A DNA stretch of 63,815 nt, counting the filler, from Vannella sp. (Eukaryota): NCBI GenBank assembly GCA_023345925.1. It is 7 parts of 7 records of this genome, joined end to end, with 100 filler letters (N's around TTAATTAATTAA, not from the genome) between each part and the next. Parts side by side here need not be neighbours in the genome. Positions count along the whole stretch, not along the records: positions 19,523 to 34,707 come from JAJQQN010001042.1; positions 34,808 to 43,918 come from JAJQQN010001274.1; 5 more parts are not named here. The stretch is one strand, 5' to 3'. Each line of letters begins with the position of its first letter. Position 1 is the stretch's first letter. Positions 24,631 through 36,349 of the stretch are shown one piece after another. A program made the position numbers and the translations under genes. Under the pieces are notes generated by a model, which did not search any database, was not told the origin of the DNA, and saw only the letters and a program-made list of their open reading frames with translations.

Positions 24631-26054
24631 ATGCCCGCGCCCTCACTGAATGTGGTGTACGAGGTACCTGTGATTTACCAGGACCTGCGCCAGGCCGAGG
24701 CTTACCATCAGATCTGTGATGGGCTGGAGAATCTAAACCGCGTGGCTGATGGCGTCTTCAACAGTATCTCTCAGAGGGTGTGTAGCCACGGCCCCAGCAC
24801 TGCACCACCAACTCTTCACTGACGATTTCCTCTCAGGTCAATGCAGAACGCGCCCGAATGGATGGTCTGGCAGCTCGTCTGGCAATCTCCACCGCGAAAG
24901 TCCGCTTTATTGAGAGCAACTTCCGCACGCGAGCCACCACTGTCCTCTCCTGCAACAAATACCCCAAAGGAGACCTGCTGGGAGAGTATCGCCCCCTCTA
25001 CTCAGGACAAGCACCGATGAGTATGAAGAGAGCTGCTTACCGCTTGGCGGATCACCCTCACCTGCTCGCCCGCGCCAATCGAGACCCACTGGCGGACATC
25101 GTTCTATCCAAAGAGATCTCCATTTTGGACTCACGACCCTTCAAGGGTGGAGAGCTGGAGGGTTTGGGCCGACTTCCAGCTCATCTTCCCTCTGTGAGTT
25201 CACTCCTCCTATTCAACACGGAGGAGAACCCGTACAACACCTACGCTACCATCGATAACCTCTTGGGCAAGGATGGCGTCGCAATGGAGGAGCCAGACAA
25301 GAAGACTTTGGCAGAAGCTCCCACTTCCGTTCTCAAAGGAGAAGAGCTGCACTCTTACGGCAAGGCCGAGTACACATTCAAGCCAACGTTAGAAGACGTA
25401 CCCACACTCAACTTCCCCGCTGATCTGCCCTCGCTAGACAGTGTTGCGGGTGACATCAATTGGAGCTCTGGTGTGGATCTCCCGCTAGACTTTGACCCGA
25501 TTGCTCCTTCTGCTCGGCTTCCTGATCTGCCTGAGATCCTTGTGGATGCAGGAACAGAGTTCCTTCCTCCTCCTGCCTCATCGTCCGCTTCTATTCCTGC
25601 CCCTCCCTCCGCAGTGGCTCAGACAAGTGGGGGACCGCCTGCCCCAGCTCCGTTCGATGCACCTCCTCCACCTCCTCCGCCATCATTTGCTGCGCCTCCT
25701 CCACCCCCTCCGGGCCTAGCGCCACCACCCCCACCACCAGTGATGGCTGGTCTTCCAGCTGAAGTAGCCGCTCCTGCACAACCCCGCAATGCTCTTTTAG
25801 ATGCGCTACGGAACCCTGAGAACAAGAAGAAGTTGAAGAATGCCTCTTCCGCGAAGGGTCGCGCCCGCAAGAAGGAGCAAGAACGGCCCAAACCCGCCGA
25901 TGGAGGGAACATCTTTGATGCTCTCAAAGAGGCTCTCAATCGACGTAAACAGAGCATCCGCGGCATTGAGACTGCCGCCGCCCCACGCCCGAGAGAGGAC
26001 TCTTTCGACGATGAGGGAAGTATTGCGATGCCCTCCGCCTCTGACGATTGGTAA
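24631..26054 (+). CDS. WASHC1: WASH complex subunit 1 (WAHD, proline-rich region, VCA)
   Basis: EGLGRLP..SVSSLLLFNTEENPY..DNL, poly-Pro tract, WH2-like RNALLDALR, acidic end SDDW; one intron after 24778. Confidence 0.92.
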
Positions 26055-26226
26055 AAACTTGTCCTTTCACATTCTCACTCCCTCCTTTCCCTCCCACTCC
26101 CTGCGATGCGTATCAGCAAGAAGGCATCTAACGGATGTATTCTTCCAAAGGGAGATTTAAAGTACAAAGCCACTTCGTTCTGGCTTCCTGGATGCACGAG
26201 AGTGGCGTCTTTGATGATTCTACTTG

Positions 26227-28786
26227 CTAATTGCAAATAGTGTTACTTCGAGACCCACCGCCTGAGCTCCCAGGTGTCGAAAGGATAGCAGGCTCGCTGT
26301 TGAATTGAGGTAAGACATCCATCCGCACAGACTCCGAACGACGGGTAGAAACAGGCAGAATCCTTCCTTGGAGACTCCTCCGCTCTCTCTTCTTGGGAGC
26401 TCTCAATTGAGAAATGGCATCCCGCACAATTGGCTTGCGCGCCTCGCAAAGAAGAGATTGCTGATATTGCTCTTCCGAAGAAGTGATGCGAGGAGTGCTC
26501 AAAATCAATTTCCGGATGGAATCATCCGGTTCAATGATTTCTCGATACCCTAATTGCTTCATCGTGTTGACTTCCAGCACAGTCCTCGCAATCAACCGGA
26601 ATTTGCCAACGTTGATCAAATCCTTACTTTCATACCAGAAAGAAGGGTTTCCCTCCTCAATGAAGGTAAGATCTCGTGTGTACAAAGCAAGATGCGGGAC
26701 ACAATGGCCGCACTCTTCAATGCAACTTGTGCGCATATCTCGATATGTCCTGTAATTGCCAGTGTTGTCGACTAGTCGTTCCAAAGCGTCCATTGTCACC
26801 TTGCGGCGATCTTCCACGAGCTAGAGTAGGATGGTGAGGATCTTGGTGAGTACAACGAAAGGAATCTAACGTACACTGAGAGTGTCTTTCAGTCGAGAGA
26901 TAGCAGCACCCGAAAGTGCACTTGCAATGGCAAAAAGTGCCACAAAATCTCCCAACTCAAAGAGTTCTTGAGCAATGTCAAGGATATGAAGAAGAGTGCG
27001 TAATCGACGCTTAATATCGTGCTGCTTCACAATCCAGGTAATGACCCAATCAGAGATGTTGTTAAAGTTATCAATACACTGGACCACACCAGAAGTCAGA
27101 GGTCGCTTGGCCCAACTTTGGTGGAGCATATCTTGGTCTGGAATGACATCAAAACACTCTGAGTCGAGAAGTGCTAGTTGCTGAGCAACTTCATGGGGTA
27201 CAAATAGAAGAAGATGCCGTTCTTCAGAGGAATGAGACAAATTGAGTCCCATTTTTTCGGTCTCTCGGTCTTTCTTGCCTTCCCGCTTTCGTCTACTACG
27301 AAGGAAACGCTTTTTGTCCTTTTCTATCCTCTTTCGTGTCTCTTTGACTTGGCGCCGTTGCTCTTTGGTTTCACGTTCAAGATACTTTCTCTTTTCGCGG
27401 GAAAACTCCGCTTCGTTGATTTCCATCCCTTCTAAACTTATAGAGGAGTTGAATACAGCAATGGCTAATAAGCCCTTGACAGTAGCGAAGGTTGCCAAGT
27501 TGAGGAATTCTCCCAATCTTTGGGAGAAGGCAGCGCTAAAGACGACAGAATCTTGATTGAATCTCATCATGAGGGCCTCCATTCCTCCAATAACCCTAAA
27601 GAAAGTGTATCAGTGATATGGTACTAAACAGCAACCTGAAATTTTCACCTATTCCGAATAATCTCTTCTCGCTTTTGTTCCTTTCTGAGTTTTGATTCAG
27701 CAAGTGATACTTCATAACGGAGCATAAACAATTCCAAGATCTCCTCCGGTTGAATGAAATAGGAATAACATAGCAAGAGCGTCTCTAAAGTCTTCGCATC
27801 TGAGGAAATGATTTCGTAAGGGAACAAGAGTTACTGATCAGGGTATGTCACTAACCTGGCATCGAAAGTTGAGTGAGAAACACAACGAGCTTCTCTGGGG
27901 TAGCTCCCACAAGAACGGGCTTATCTTCGCCCTCAACAGTCTCAAAAAAGGTGTTATACTTGCTATCCTTCTCATTAAACAATAGGAGTCGCATCTCTGG
28001 ATCCTTTCGAATCTTAGCCCGCAAGAAGTTGAGAATAGCGCGATTGTAAAGCTTTTTCTCGTGGATTTCGGGCATGAGAGTAAAAGGATTGTCTTCCAAA
28101 TGCCACTCTTCCACGCCGATCAAGAAGCCCATCTCCGTGGGCAGCTCCTCAAAGAGGTTTTGTTGCAGAGAAAGTCGGTTGAGCCGAGAAAGGTTCGCAA
28201 TCCCTGGAGGGAGGTGGTCGAGTTGGTTGTGAGAAATGTCCAAATCAATGAGGCGGGCGAGATTCATGACAGTCTGTGGAAGGTGAGTAAGCTGGTTGTG
28301 TGAGAGATTCAGTCGTTCTAAAAAGAGAAGGTTTCCAATGGCTCCAGGAACCTCTTTCAGCTGATTGCGGCTCAAATCCAAGTCAATCAGTTGGTAGAGC
28401 TTGCTGACGAACCCTGGGAATATCTCTATACGGTTACCTGCCAGATGTAAGGTCTCGAGGGACTGAACACTAGCAACGTCCTCGTGAACCTCCGTGAGGA
28501 GGTTGTCCTCACACTCGATACAAGTGAGGAGATTAGCCTCTGCCAATCGTCCCAGTCCAGCAGGGAGACACTCGATAAGGTTGTGGTTGAGAAGGAGCTT
28601 CTCAAGCTTGCGCATACGAAAGATTTCTTCGGGTAGATCGACGATGTTCCTCCGGGTGAGGTCAAGGATTCCCCTTCGTTGAGGAAACTGGGTCCAAATA
28701 GCAATTGTCTCGGCCACCCAACCTGGGGCCATGTTTTGACCCTCCTCGGGGAGAACATCAGGCTCCTGTGAGAAGGGGCTCGCCAT
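26227..28786 (-). CDS. LRR-containing RasGEF (LRR-REM-CDC25), spliced
   Basis: LRRs (LDLSRNQLKEVP), REM (GATPEKLV), CDC25 (EVAQQLALLD, FNNISDWV, CVPHLALYTRDLTFIEEGNP). Confidence 0.9.
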
Positions 28787-29004
28787 GCAACGGCACCGTT
28801 CGGCCCTTCCGACGCCAAGAAAATGACCCTTCCATTTAATGTGTCTCTTTGCCATCAAAGTCATGCCTAATTTATAAAGGATTCCTCGGGACAACCAAAA
28901 CCCGACTCCGCCAGCTTCCAATTGGACAATGGGAAAGCGTGTATTGTCCACACTGGAAGCAAGCCGAGGCTTTGTTTGTGGTGCCGTTGGTTGGAGCAGG
29001 AGGC

Positions 29005-30170
29005 ATGTCCAACACATTACCAAAGCAAACCAAATCGGTTGCTATCCCTGCCTATGGGGATGGATATCCATTGGGAGGCTTGTTGACCGTGCCTCCCCAA
29101 CTCCCTCAGGATGGTGGTGTCGGTCCGGTGGTCCTCCTTGCCCCGGCAACAGCCGTTCCCTGTGGCTTTTACCTTGCCTACCTTCTATTCTTAGTGAGTG
29201 GCACTTTCATTGGGACTAAGGTACGCCTCTCACGACGAATGGGTTCCAAACGTAGACAGAGAACAACATTCCTTCGATCACGTTCGATTGGAGAGGAACA
29301 CACACCAGCCGGCGTCAACCCCCTGACATCAAACCTCCTACTCTCACAGATTGGGGTACTAAGGTATCCCTCTCGCCCCTGAAGAAAATCAGTCACCCAC
29401 TCACCTCCCTCCAGGATCTCGCTGGTGTCATTGATTACATCACAGCTCTCTTTCCGCAACGCAGACTGGTACACTTTGGACACAGTGTGGGAGGTCATGT
29501 TATGGCCCTTCCCCACAACTCTCACAAGATCTCTCATGCAATCACTTTGGGGACCCAAAATGCGTAAGGCAGAGGAGGAACAGGGGAACTAGTGTTGTTC
29601 TCACCTTCTTTAGCTACTATCCATTAACGCCCTTCCGATCAAGACACCAAATCTTCTGGAATGTGGCTGTCCCTGCTGCCTCGTCCATCTTCGGGTACTT
29701 TCCTGGGAGTAAGATGGGCATTGTGGGTGATCTCCCCGCTTCCATCATGCAGGAGTGGCGATCGTGGGCACAACAACCCTTATATGTGGCTGGAGCCTCT
29801 GCATCCTTCAAGTAAGTCGAGCCTCATCCTTGAGAGAGGACCACCCCCGACAACAGGCGTGTCTAGAAAGAGTTATGAAGATTTCCAGTCCCCTGTGTTA
29901 GCTATTAGTACGGACGATGACGAATACGCCACTAGACTGGGCGTTCAGTTGCTACATCAAGGATTAGGAGGTCACATTCAGTTCTGGCACATTCAACACA
30001 ACGAGGTCCCCGGCAAACTCCCCATCCGTCATGCTGGCTTCTTCTTTCGCGCCTTCTCCAAGACTCTTTGGCCACAAACCCTGTCCTACCTCCAAAGTGG
30101 GGATCTTCCGGCGGTTGAAAGTTTGCAACCTCCCTCTCCCCCTCACGAAGACTTCCGCTGCCGTTTGTAG
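29005..30170 (+). CDS. Alpha/beta hydrolase of the bacterial COG4757-like type, four introns
   Basis: Spliced motifs LLAPATAVPCGFY, ITFDWRG, DWGTK|DLAGVID, GHSVGG, GYFPG...DLP..IMQEWRSW, DDEYA, IRHAGFF. Confidence 0.8.
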
Positions 30171-30287
30171 CGCTTTAGAGGTCAATGCACAATGCCAACC
30201 TCGTTTTTGATGTATCCTTTGTTTGGCAAGGCATGTTTTCAGACTCACTCGGGGTCAAAGCTTTATTCTCTCGATGGAATGGACCCT

Positions 30288-31301
30288 TTACTCGTAGCCG
30301 ATGGAGTCGTAGCTTTGTTGCTTCTTCTTGTAGACCACGAATCCAGCAGCGGCTACACCAACCACGATGAGGACGATGGCCACAGCTCCGACGATCCACC
30401 AAATCCAAGCGTAGCTCTTATCCTCCTCAGCTGGAGGGGGGGGAATAGTACCAACGGTGGCGGTAGGCGAAACTGTTGTCGTAACTGAAACGGTGGCTGT
30501 TGATGTCTGCGTTACTCCGGCCTTTGCAACTTCAGAGGGGGATACAGAGGGGGAAACAGAGGGGGAAACAGAGGGGGAAACAGAACCAGTGGTGTTCACG
30601 GGAGCGGGAGCAGAAACTGCAACTTCGCTAATTGTTGGAGAAGGGGTGGCAGTGGTGTTCACGGGAGCAATAATTGCGCTAATTGTAGGAGAAGGGGTGG
30701 CAGTGGCGTTCGCACTGGGTACTACGACTTGACCACAAGCATTCTTGCTCTCCATCCTGTTACCTGTTAGCTGATATCAGGCGCCAGTGCTCTGTGCACT
30801 TACTGGAAGATGTAAACGCAGCTCTCCTCAGAGACAAGGGAGATCTTTGGAGTATCCGCCGCAGGGTTGCATGCAATGTTGATCACAGACTTGCGGTTTG
30901 CTCCTACCAGTGTGCACAAGTCTCCGTTCTCGTAGGTCAATTGAACACCAACGCAAACAGCTGCATACACGTCAGTATAGCTATGAGAATAGTAAAAAGA
31001 ACATACCCGAAGTATTAACAGCACTACCGTTGTAGCTGGTGAATGAACTGGAGGCAACACCGCAAGAGAACTGAGCATTTGCAGTGGTTTGGCACACTCC
31101 GGCTGATGAGGCTTTGCAAGGTACGGACCCGCAGATGTTGACATTGAAGAATTCGTCAGTTTGGTTAACGAGATAGGAGTTGTTAACAAGAGTGAGACCG
31201 GATAGGTCGTATTCACAGTTTGTCGAAGAATCTGTGAACGTGCACTGTTGCGCAAAAGCGGACACAATCAGAACGAAGAATGCGAGGGCGGTGGTACGCA
31301 T
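30288..31301 (-). CDS. Type I membrane protein with an MRH (mannose-6-phosphate receptor homology) domain and mucin-like stalk
   Basis: Signal peptide, YDLSGL..NICG..VCQ, LTYENGD.C...RKSVINIAC...EESCVY, S/T/P stalk, TM and a tail with YDSI; two introns. Confidence 0.8.
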
Positions 31302-31435
31302 CTCTGTCAGGGGGAAGAGAGAAGGGGAAACTCAGGCTTCAACAACAAGGGCCTGTATCGGGCGAAAATCCACCAATCACGCAGCGGGAGGGGGAAATGA
31401 TGGGAAGACTTCAATCATATTATATGCAATACCTT

Positions 31436-32672
31436 TTAGCATATATTAACAAGTTGGTCAATGGCTTTGCTTGTTAGGGGCATTATCACAGCTCCCAACC
31501 TTGTCAAGACCGTTTGAGTTTCAACAACGCGCGGCATAAACTCCTGGCGAGTTAGGTCTGTCATCTCATGGATCAGAGTGGCTAGTGCACGGGCGATGAC
31601 TAAAAGCTGGGCGCGGTCTTGCGGGGGATAGACGGAGCATGCGAGATCGTCCACAGTGTGTTGTATGTTTCGACCAATTTCACTTATTCGGTCTAAACCG
31701 ATAAAATGGAGGCTTGGGATTTCGTGTGGACCTTAGACAGGAGTTGAATTAGTACTCGACTATTTTGGAGTTCATTTGAGGTTACCTTCAGGAGCTGCAT
31801 CCCTTCTGAGGGACTTATTCACTTGAAGAAGAACTCCTCCGGCAGCTTTGATAAGATTAATACATGGTGGGAGAACTTCCTTCTGCTTTTCAGTCAAAGA
31901 GAGATCATCTTGGTCATCTAGGTCCCAGATGGTTTCTTCTCCTTCCTCTTCAAGTTGCGAGGTAGACTCCTCAAGTTCCTGAATGCACTCAGATTCAAGA
32001 GAAGTCTCCATTTCTCTCATGGCATCTTTGATCAAGATGCTGTACCCTTCAACCTCAATTGCGATGGCACGGAAATCGTCCAAGGGGCTCTCTCGTAACA
32101 GTGTGAGACATTCCCCAACTACCCCGAAAGCTCGGTCAACTGGATGATTCGCTGCCTCTCTAATTCTCATCTAAGAGTGTTTCCAATGGGTCAAAACACA
32201 ATGGGAGAGAGAGAAACGAGGACCAAACCTGCGTGATAGACTCCTGGAGATCGAGAGAACGGGTTTCCATGATCAGGTCCTCCGACAATTGAATCAGGGA
32301 TTCAATAAGCCTTTCCAGTGGCTTCTTGAGCTGTAGTTTTAGGGATTGGGTGGACTTGAAGGTGATGATCTGATAAAGCGAAACCAACTTCAGCAAGTTC
32401 TCCTCTAATTGTTCTACTAGGACGACACAGTCCTCATATTCAGGTTTGTTACGATAGCATATGACAACTGTGGAGGGGTTTGGGTGGTGAGGAGGAGGAA
32501 AGTAGTCTCATCTATACGCACCCCTTGCGTTGAAGGCAGAGACACGCCCGATCAGATACCTCCATGCTTCTAAGGTTGGTATCCCTTGAGGTGGCTCCTC
32601 AGGATTGAAGGCCTCCGTGAGAGTGCGCAGTCGGCTGACAAGAGCAACCAAAACATCCTCAGGAGCCGGCAT
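31436..32672 (-). CDS. GCIP/cyclin-D1-binding protein 1-like, spliced
   Basis: LIKDAMREME, acidic loop and VDDLACSVYPPQD, typical of the GCIP family. Confidence 0.7.
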
Positions 32673-32755
32673 CCAAGAAGAATATGAAAACACCTCTCTT
32701 TCAAATTAATCGGTCCCCTAGAAACTGGTCTTGTCATTTTTTTGCTTGCCTCGCA

Positions 32756-33185
32756 ATGACCTACATCTCCAATGGTTAGCCTCTCCTTCACCACTGGTGG
32801 GGCGCCAACTTACTCTGTCTTCCAGGGAGGGTCATTCACAAGAGGAGTAAGTGGCGCCTCTCGTACTTGGTGGAGCTATTCTGGGGGCTGCTCAACTTCA
32901 TTACTGTTTTGTAAGGAGAAGGGCGTCGCAACACTTCCCTTCCTGACCTCTGGACCTCGAACGGCTCAGTTTCCAAACGTTAGTGTCTCCCGAGGCCACA
33001 GAAGCGGTCATCAAGCGGGGACAACAACTTGGACGCAGTAAAACAACGAAACGCCCAGTCGGGACTTTCAAACCAGGTGAGGTTCGGTGGTGAATTGAGC
33101 GAAGCAAGTGTTCACCTCAATGAAAGATGGGGCTGGCCCAGGTGATCTCCCTCCAGGAGGATCCTGAGGAGCGGGAGGATGTTAG
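32756..33185 (+). CDS. SELENOK: Selenoprotein K (89 aa, Sec at UGA 33165-33167), absent from the ORF track
   Basis: Exons 32756-32774, 32826-32910, 32970-33076 and 33127-33185 (all GT-AG) give MTYISNGRVIHKRSKWRLSYLVELFWGLLNFITVFFQTLVSPEATEAVIKRGQQLGRSKTTKRPVGTFKPDGAGPGDLPPGGSUGAGGC*. This matches the SelK pattern MxYISNG...WRLS...FWG...FFxTL, and a SECIS lies downstream. Confidence 0.9.
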
Positions 33186-33265
33186 AGGGACCCCCTCTCA
33201 TCCTCCGATACTGAAAACATGGTGGTGAACTGAAACAGCACAACAACTTGGTTAAACCCAAGAAT

Positions 33266-33311
33266 ATGAATCCCAGAGAGCAAGTGATTCCAAATCAACT
33301 TTCTGGGATGA
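33266..33311 (+). promoter_or_regulatory. Eukaryotic SECIS element (form II) in the SELENOK 3' UTR
   Basis: AUGA at 33266-33269, 11-bp helix ATCCCAGAGAG/CTTTCTGGGAT, unpaired AA at 33282-33283, ministem TGATT/AATCA and GA at 33310-33311; about 100 nt after the UGA. Confidence 0.88.
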
Positions 33312-33470
33312 AGAAACCGTTGTTTGCACCACCAACTCAATAAATAACAAGAATCCGCGTCAAGCATCCACACAGTATCCGGATGGCTGGATGAGAAGAG
33401 GTTTCCTTCGCTCGTCAGTTCTTCCAGCCTCTCATCCAACAGAGTACCTTCAAAGAAGCTTGCAAAGGTT

Positions 33471-34526
33471 CTATTCAACATGAGGTTTATGCCCCCCTTC
33501 CTTGCTTCTAAAGGAATAGTGTTGAGCGCGGTTCGACCTCTGCGGACCAACCAGAGATTCACTGTTCTTGTTGATTTTCATTCCAAAAAGTGGCATCAAA
33601 AAGGAGGAGATAGCTTCGGATGGGTTAAAGACCCTCCCAAGCATTTGTGCGCAAAGGGAACTGGTTATTGCCAGGAATGCTAAAGTTTGGTAGCATTCAT
33701 CAGGAGCAAGGAGAGGCCCAGGAAGAAAGTGGGCATCGCTTGCTACGAAGCAAAAAAGGGAGTAGAATACTGCTGAGTACAGAAGCCTACACACTTATAA
33801 GACTGAGTTCCATACTAACAGGGGAACCTGACCAGCCCGGCTCGGAAAGACAGTTCCGATACTCCATCGATCCAAAAACTTTTTGGAATCCAGACTCAGC
33901 CACGCTGTTTGCAACAATTGGGAGCAAACTTATCATAAAAACCATCACGGGGTTGGGAGCGTCAGCCTAGAGTCACGTCAGAGTGAACCAACCCACAACT
34001 TTGTTTACCTCCACTGAGAAGAGCTGATGGGCCAGGAAAAAAGCTGAAACGACGTTTCCCACTCGATTCAGATCAGCAAAGAGAATAAAAAGCACCTTTT
34101 GGGGGCAGTCAGTTCTCCAATTGGCAAAATGGAGAGGGTTCACCGCCTCACCCTCAAGGGAGTGCCAAATCTGGAGCGATAAAGTCGAGGAATGCACTGA
34201 AATGGACTGTAAAGGCTTGAAAACCTACTCCAAAACTTAGCCTCGTAGAACTGGCTCAAAAGTCGAGTAACCCTTGCTCACCAAAGGAGAAACATCAATG
34301 GAACCCAAAACGAAGTATCCTTGAACAGACGGGGCGTCTCGTTGCAAGAAAGAGACACAAGGACGTTCCCCAGATTCTGCTGAACGGTCACTGCAACAAA
34401 TTGGACCAGCCACCCCTGCTGGAGGTAGAAGGTATTCTGTTGCTGTTGCGTACAGTGATGGAAAAACTTGCCAGACCACACTAGTGTGGCAGGTGAGAGA
34501 GGAAGAAGCCGTTCGAGGGAGCTCAT
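33471..34526 (-). CDS. Multi-pass membrane protein, possibly TRIC/TMEM38-like, spliced
   Basis: Hydrophobic exons separated by GT-AG introns. The pattern NLGNVLVSL..NETP.LF...W...YSPF and VFNP loosely recalls TRIC channels. Boundaries approximate. Confidence 0.4.
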
Positions 34527-34707
34527 GACAACCACGAAGCCATAAAATGAAGATCGATTCCAAACCTCTCCGCATACATTGATCCAATGTATATATTATA
34601 TCATTAAATACGTGTCATGAGTTTTTGATCTGGCAAGACAGTGACGATCTTTCTACCAAAATTTTCGTTCAACTCTCCTTTTTTCCTTTGCCTCTCGTCC
34701 TCCCCAT

Positions 34708-34807
34708 NNNNNNNNNNNNNNNNNNNNNNNNNNNNNNNNNNNNNNNNNNNNTTAATTAATTAANNNNNNNNNNNNNNNNNNNNNNNNNNNNNNNNNNNNN
34801 NNNNNNN
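34708..34807. other. Artificial contig linker
   Basis: N44-TTAATTAATTAA-N44. Confidence 0.99.
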
Positions 34808-35919
34808 ACTTTGAGACTGACTTGCTGGACTGATTCGTCATTCATCTCGTACCACACTCCAGCAGGACTCTTGACATAGCAATAGTAATGTCCAGAGCTA
34901 ACAGAACCCCCAGCGTGCACAAGAACACCGTACAATTGGTACTTAAACACCTCAGAGTCCTTCTCGCTTCGTCGGCTCATGAAAGGATTGAGTGTGAGGG
35001 TTTCAGGGAAGGGTAGGAACTTGCCAACCTTCCTTCCCATGAAATCAAACCGCTTCAGGTGGAGTACAGCCACAGAGGGCGCCTTGAAGATCGTGAACTG
35101 CTTGTGCGCTCGAGAAAGCTTCTTACACCGCTCACAGCGGTACTGGTTGTCCTTATCAAGCTCCTCTACACGACAGAATCGCTCCAGGATCTTCTCCAGC
35201 GAAGGACAGCCCTTCATATCGAGACTAAGGTCGAGGAAGGGGTCGAAAGTGTCGCTCTCGTAAGGGCACTTCTGGCAGCTCACCTGGCTTTGTAGAACGC
35301 CTCCAAAGATAGCATGTATCATAGATGTCTCCGCTTCGATCTTGCTGAGCTTCTTTCCAGCCGCACTGCCCAAAGAGCTGCGTTGCATGTGATCGATGAC
35401 GTAACGAAGGAACTCGTGCGAATCCTCCTGTCTGCCCTTGCGGAAGTGCTTACAGATAGCACGTAAGTTGCCAACGAATCCTTTAGGGGTGATAGATCCG
35501 CCTTTGGAGCGCCCTAGAGCTTCGTTGATGTGTCGTTCGGTGATGCAGGACAAACAGAAGCCTTGTTGTCCACAGCGGCTTGAATGAGTTCGATCAAGAC
35601 ATGCATTAGCAAGAGGAGGTGTGTACGTAAGGCATTGGATCGTAGCATTGAGGAAACAGGTGTTCCCTAAGTTGTTCAAGCCACAGCCGATGGGGGTGGG
35701 CTTCTTCCACGTCATTTGCAGCTGATTCTTTTGAAAGAGAACTACACGAGGGGTACCAACGACACTGTGGAGGTAGTGATCTCCAACAGCAGTGGCAGGG
35801 ACATCATTTGATCGCCCTTTAGGAGATGGCGGTTCAGCCAACCCCTTCGCCTTTGGGTCTTCCTGGGCGGCTTGCGGGCGGTTGATCGGTCGGAACTTCT
35901 TTCGATTCTTCCTTCCCAT
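34808..35919 (-). CDS. Ubiquitin-specific protease, USP36/USP42-like (3' partial)
   Basis: GLNNLGNTCFLNATIQCLTYTPPL, RQEDSHEFL, LHLKRF, LVHAG..SGHYY..WYEMND. Confidence 0.92.
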
Positions 35920-36349
35920 CTCTTCTGTGAGGATCGTCGCTTTCTTAAAGTGGATGCGGCGTGGAAGGAGCTCTTGAAGGTTCTGGCTTAGCTGCGCCTC
36001 CCACCCTTCGGCCATCCAAGTGTTCTTGTACTTTCCTTGGGTAGATTTATATAATTTGTGCCCTTCCCCACCATAACCGTGAAGAAGCAACCAACTTCGA
36101 CAGTGAAATGTCTGATAAGATTTGATTGGTTCCTGAATCCGCTCGCCCATTGGCTAAAAAGGTCTGATCCCTGATTGGTTCGGCAAATGATTTTTTCGAG
36201 TTGAGTCAATGCGCAGCAATGGAACGATTATAGTTTATAAATCATTGGGGAGGAAACTATTTGTTGATGTGGCACTTTGAGCGCTAAATGGAGGCTCGCG
36301 GTAGCTCGCGGAGTCGGCGTCGCACATCGATCAGAATAATGTACATTCA

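Noticed and set aside
33091..33093. Alternative in-frame TGA if SELENOK intron 3 is retained
   Set aside because: The intron has a normal donor and length, and only the spliced form gives the Gly/Pro-rich SelK tail.
32772..33562. ORF-track calls 32772-33041, 32901-33107 and 33182-33562
   Set aside because: Better explained as off-frame or antisense shadows of the spliced SELENOK gene and its SECIS-bearing UTR.
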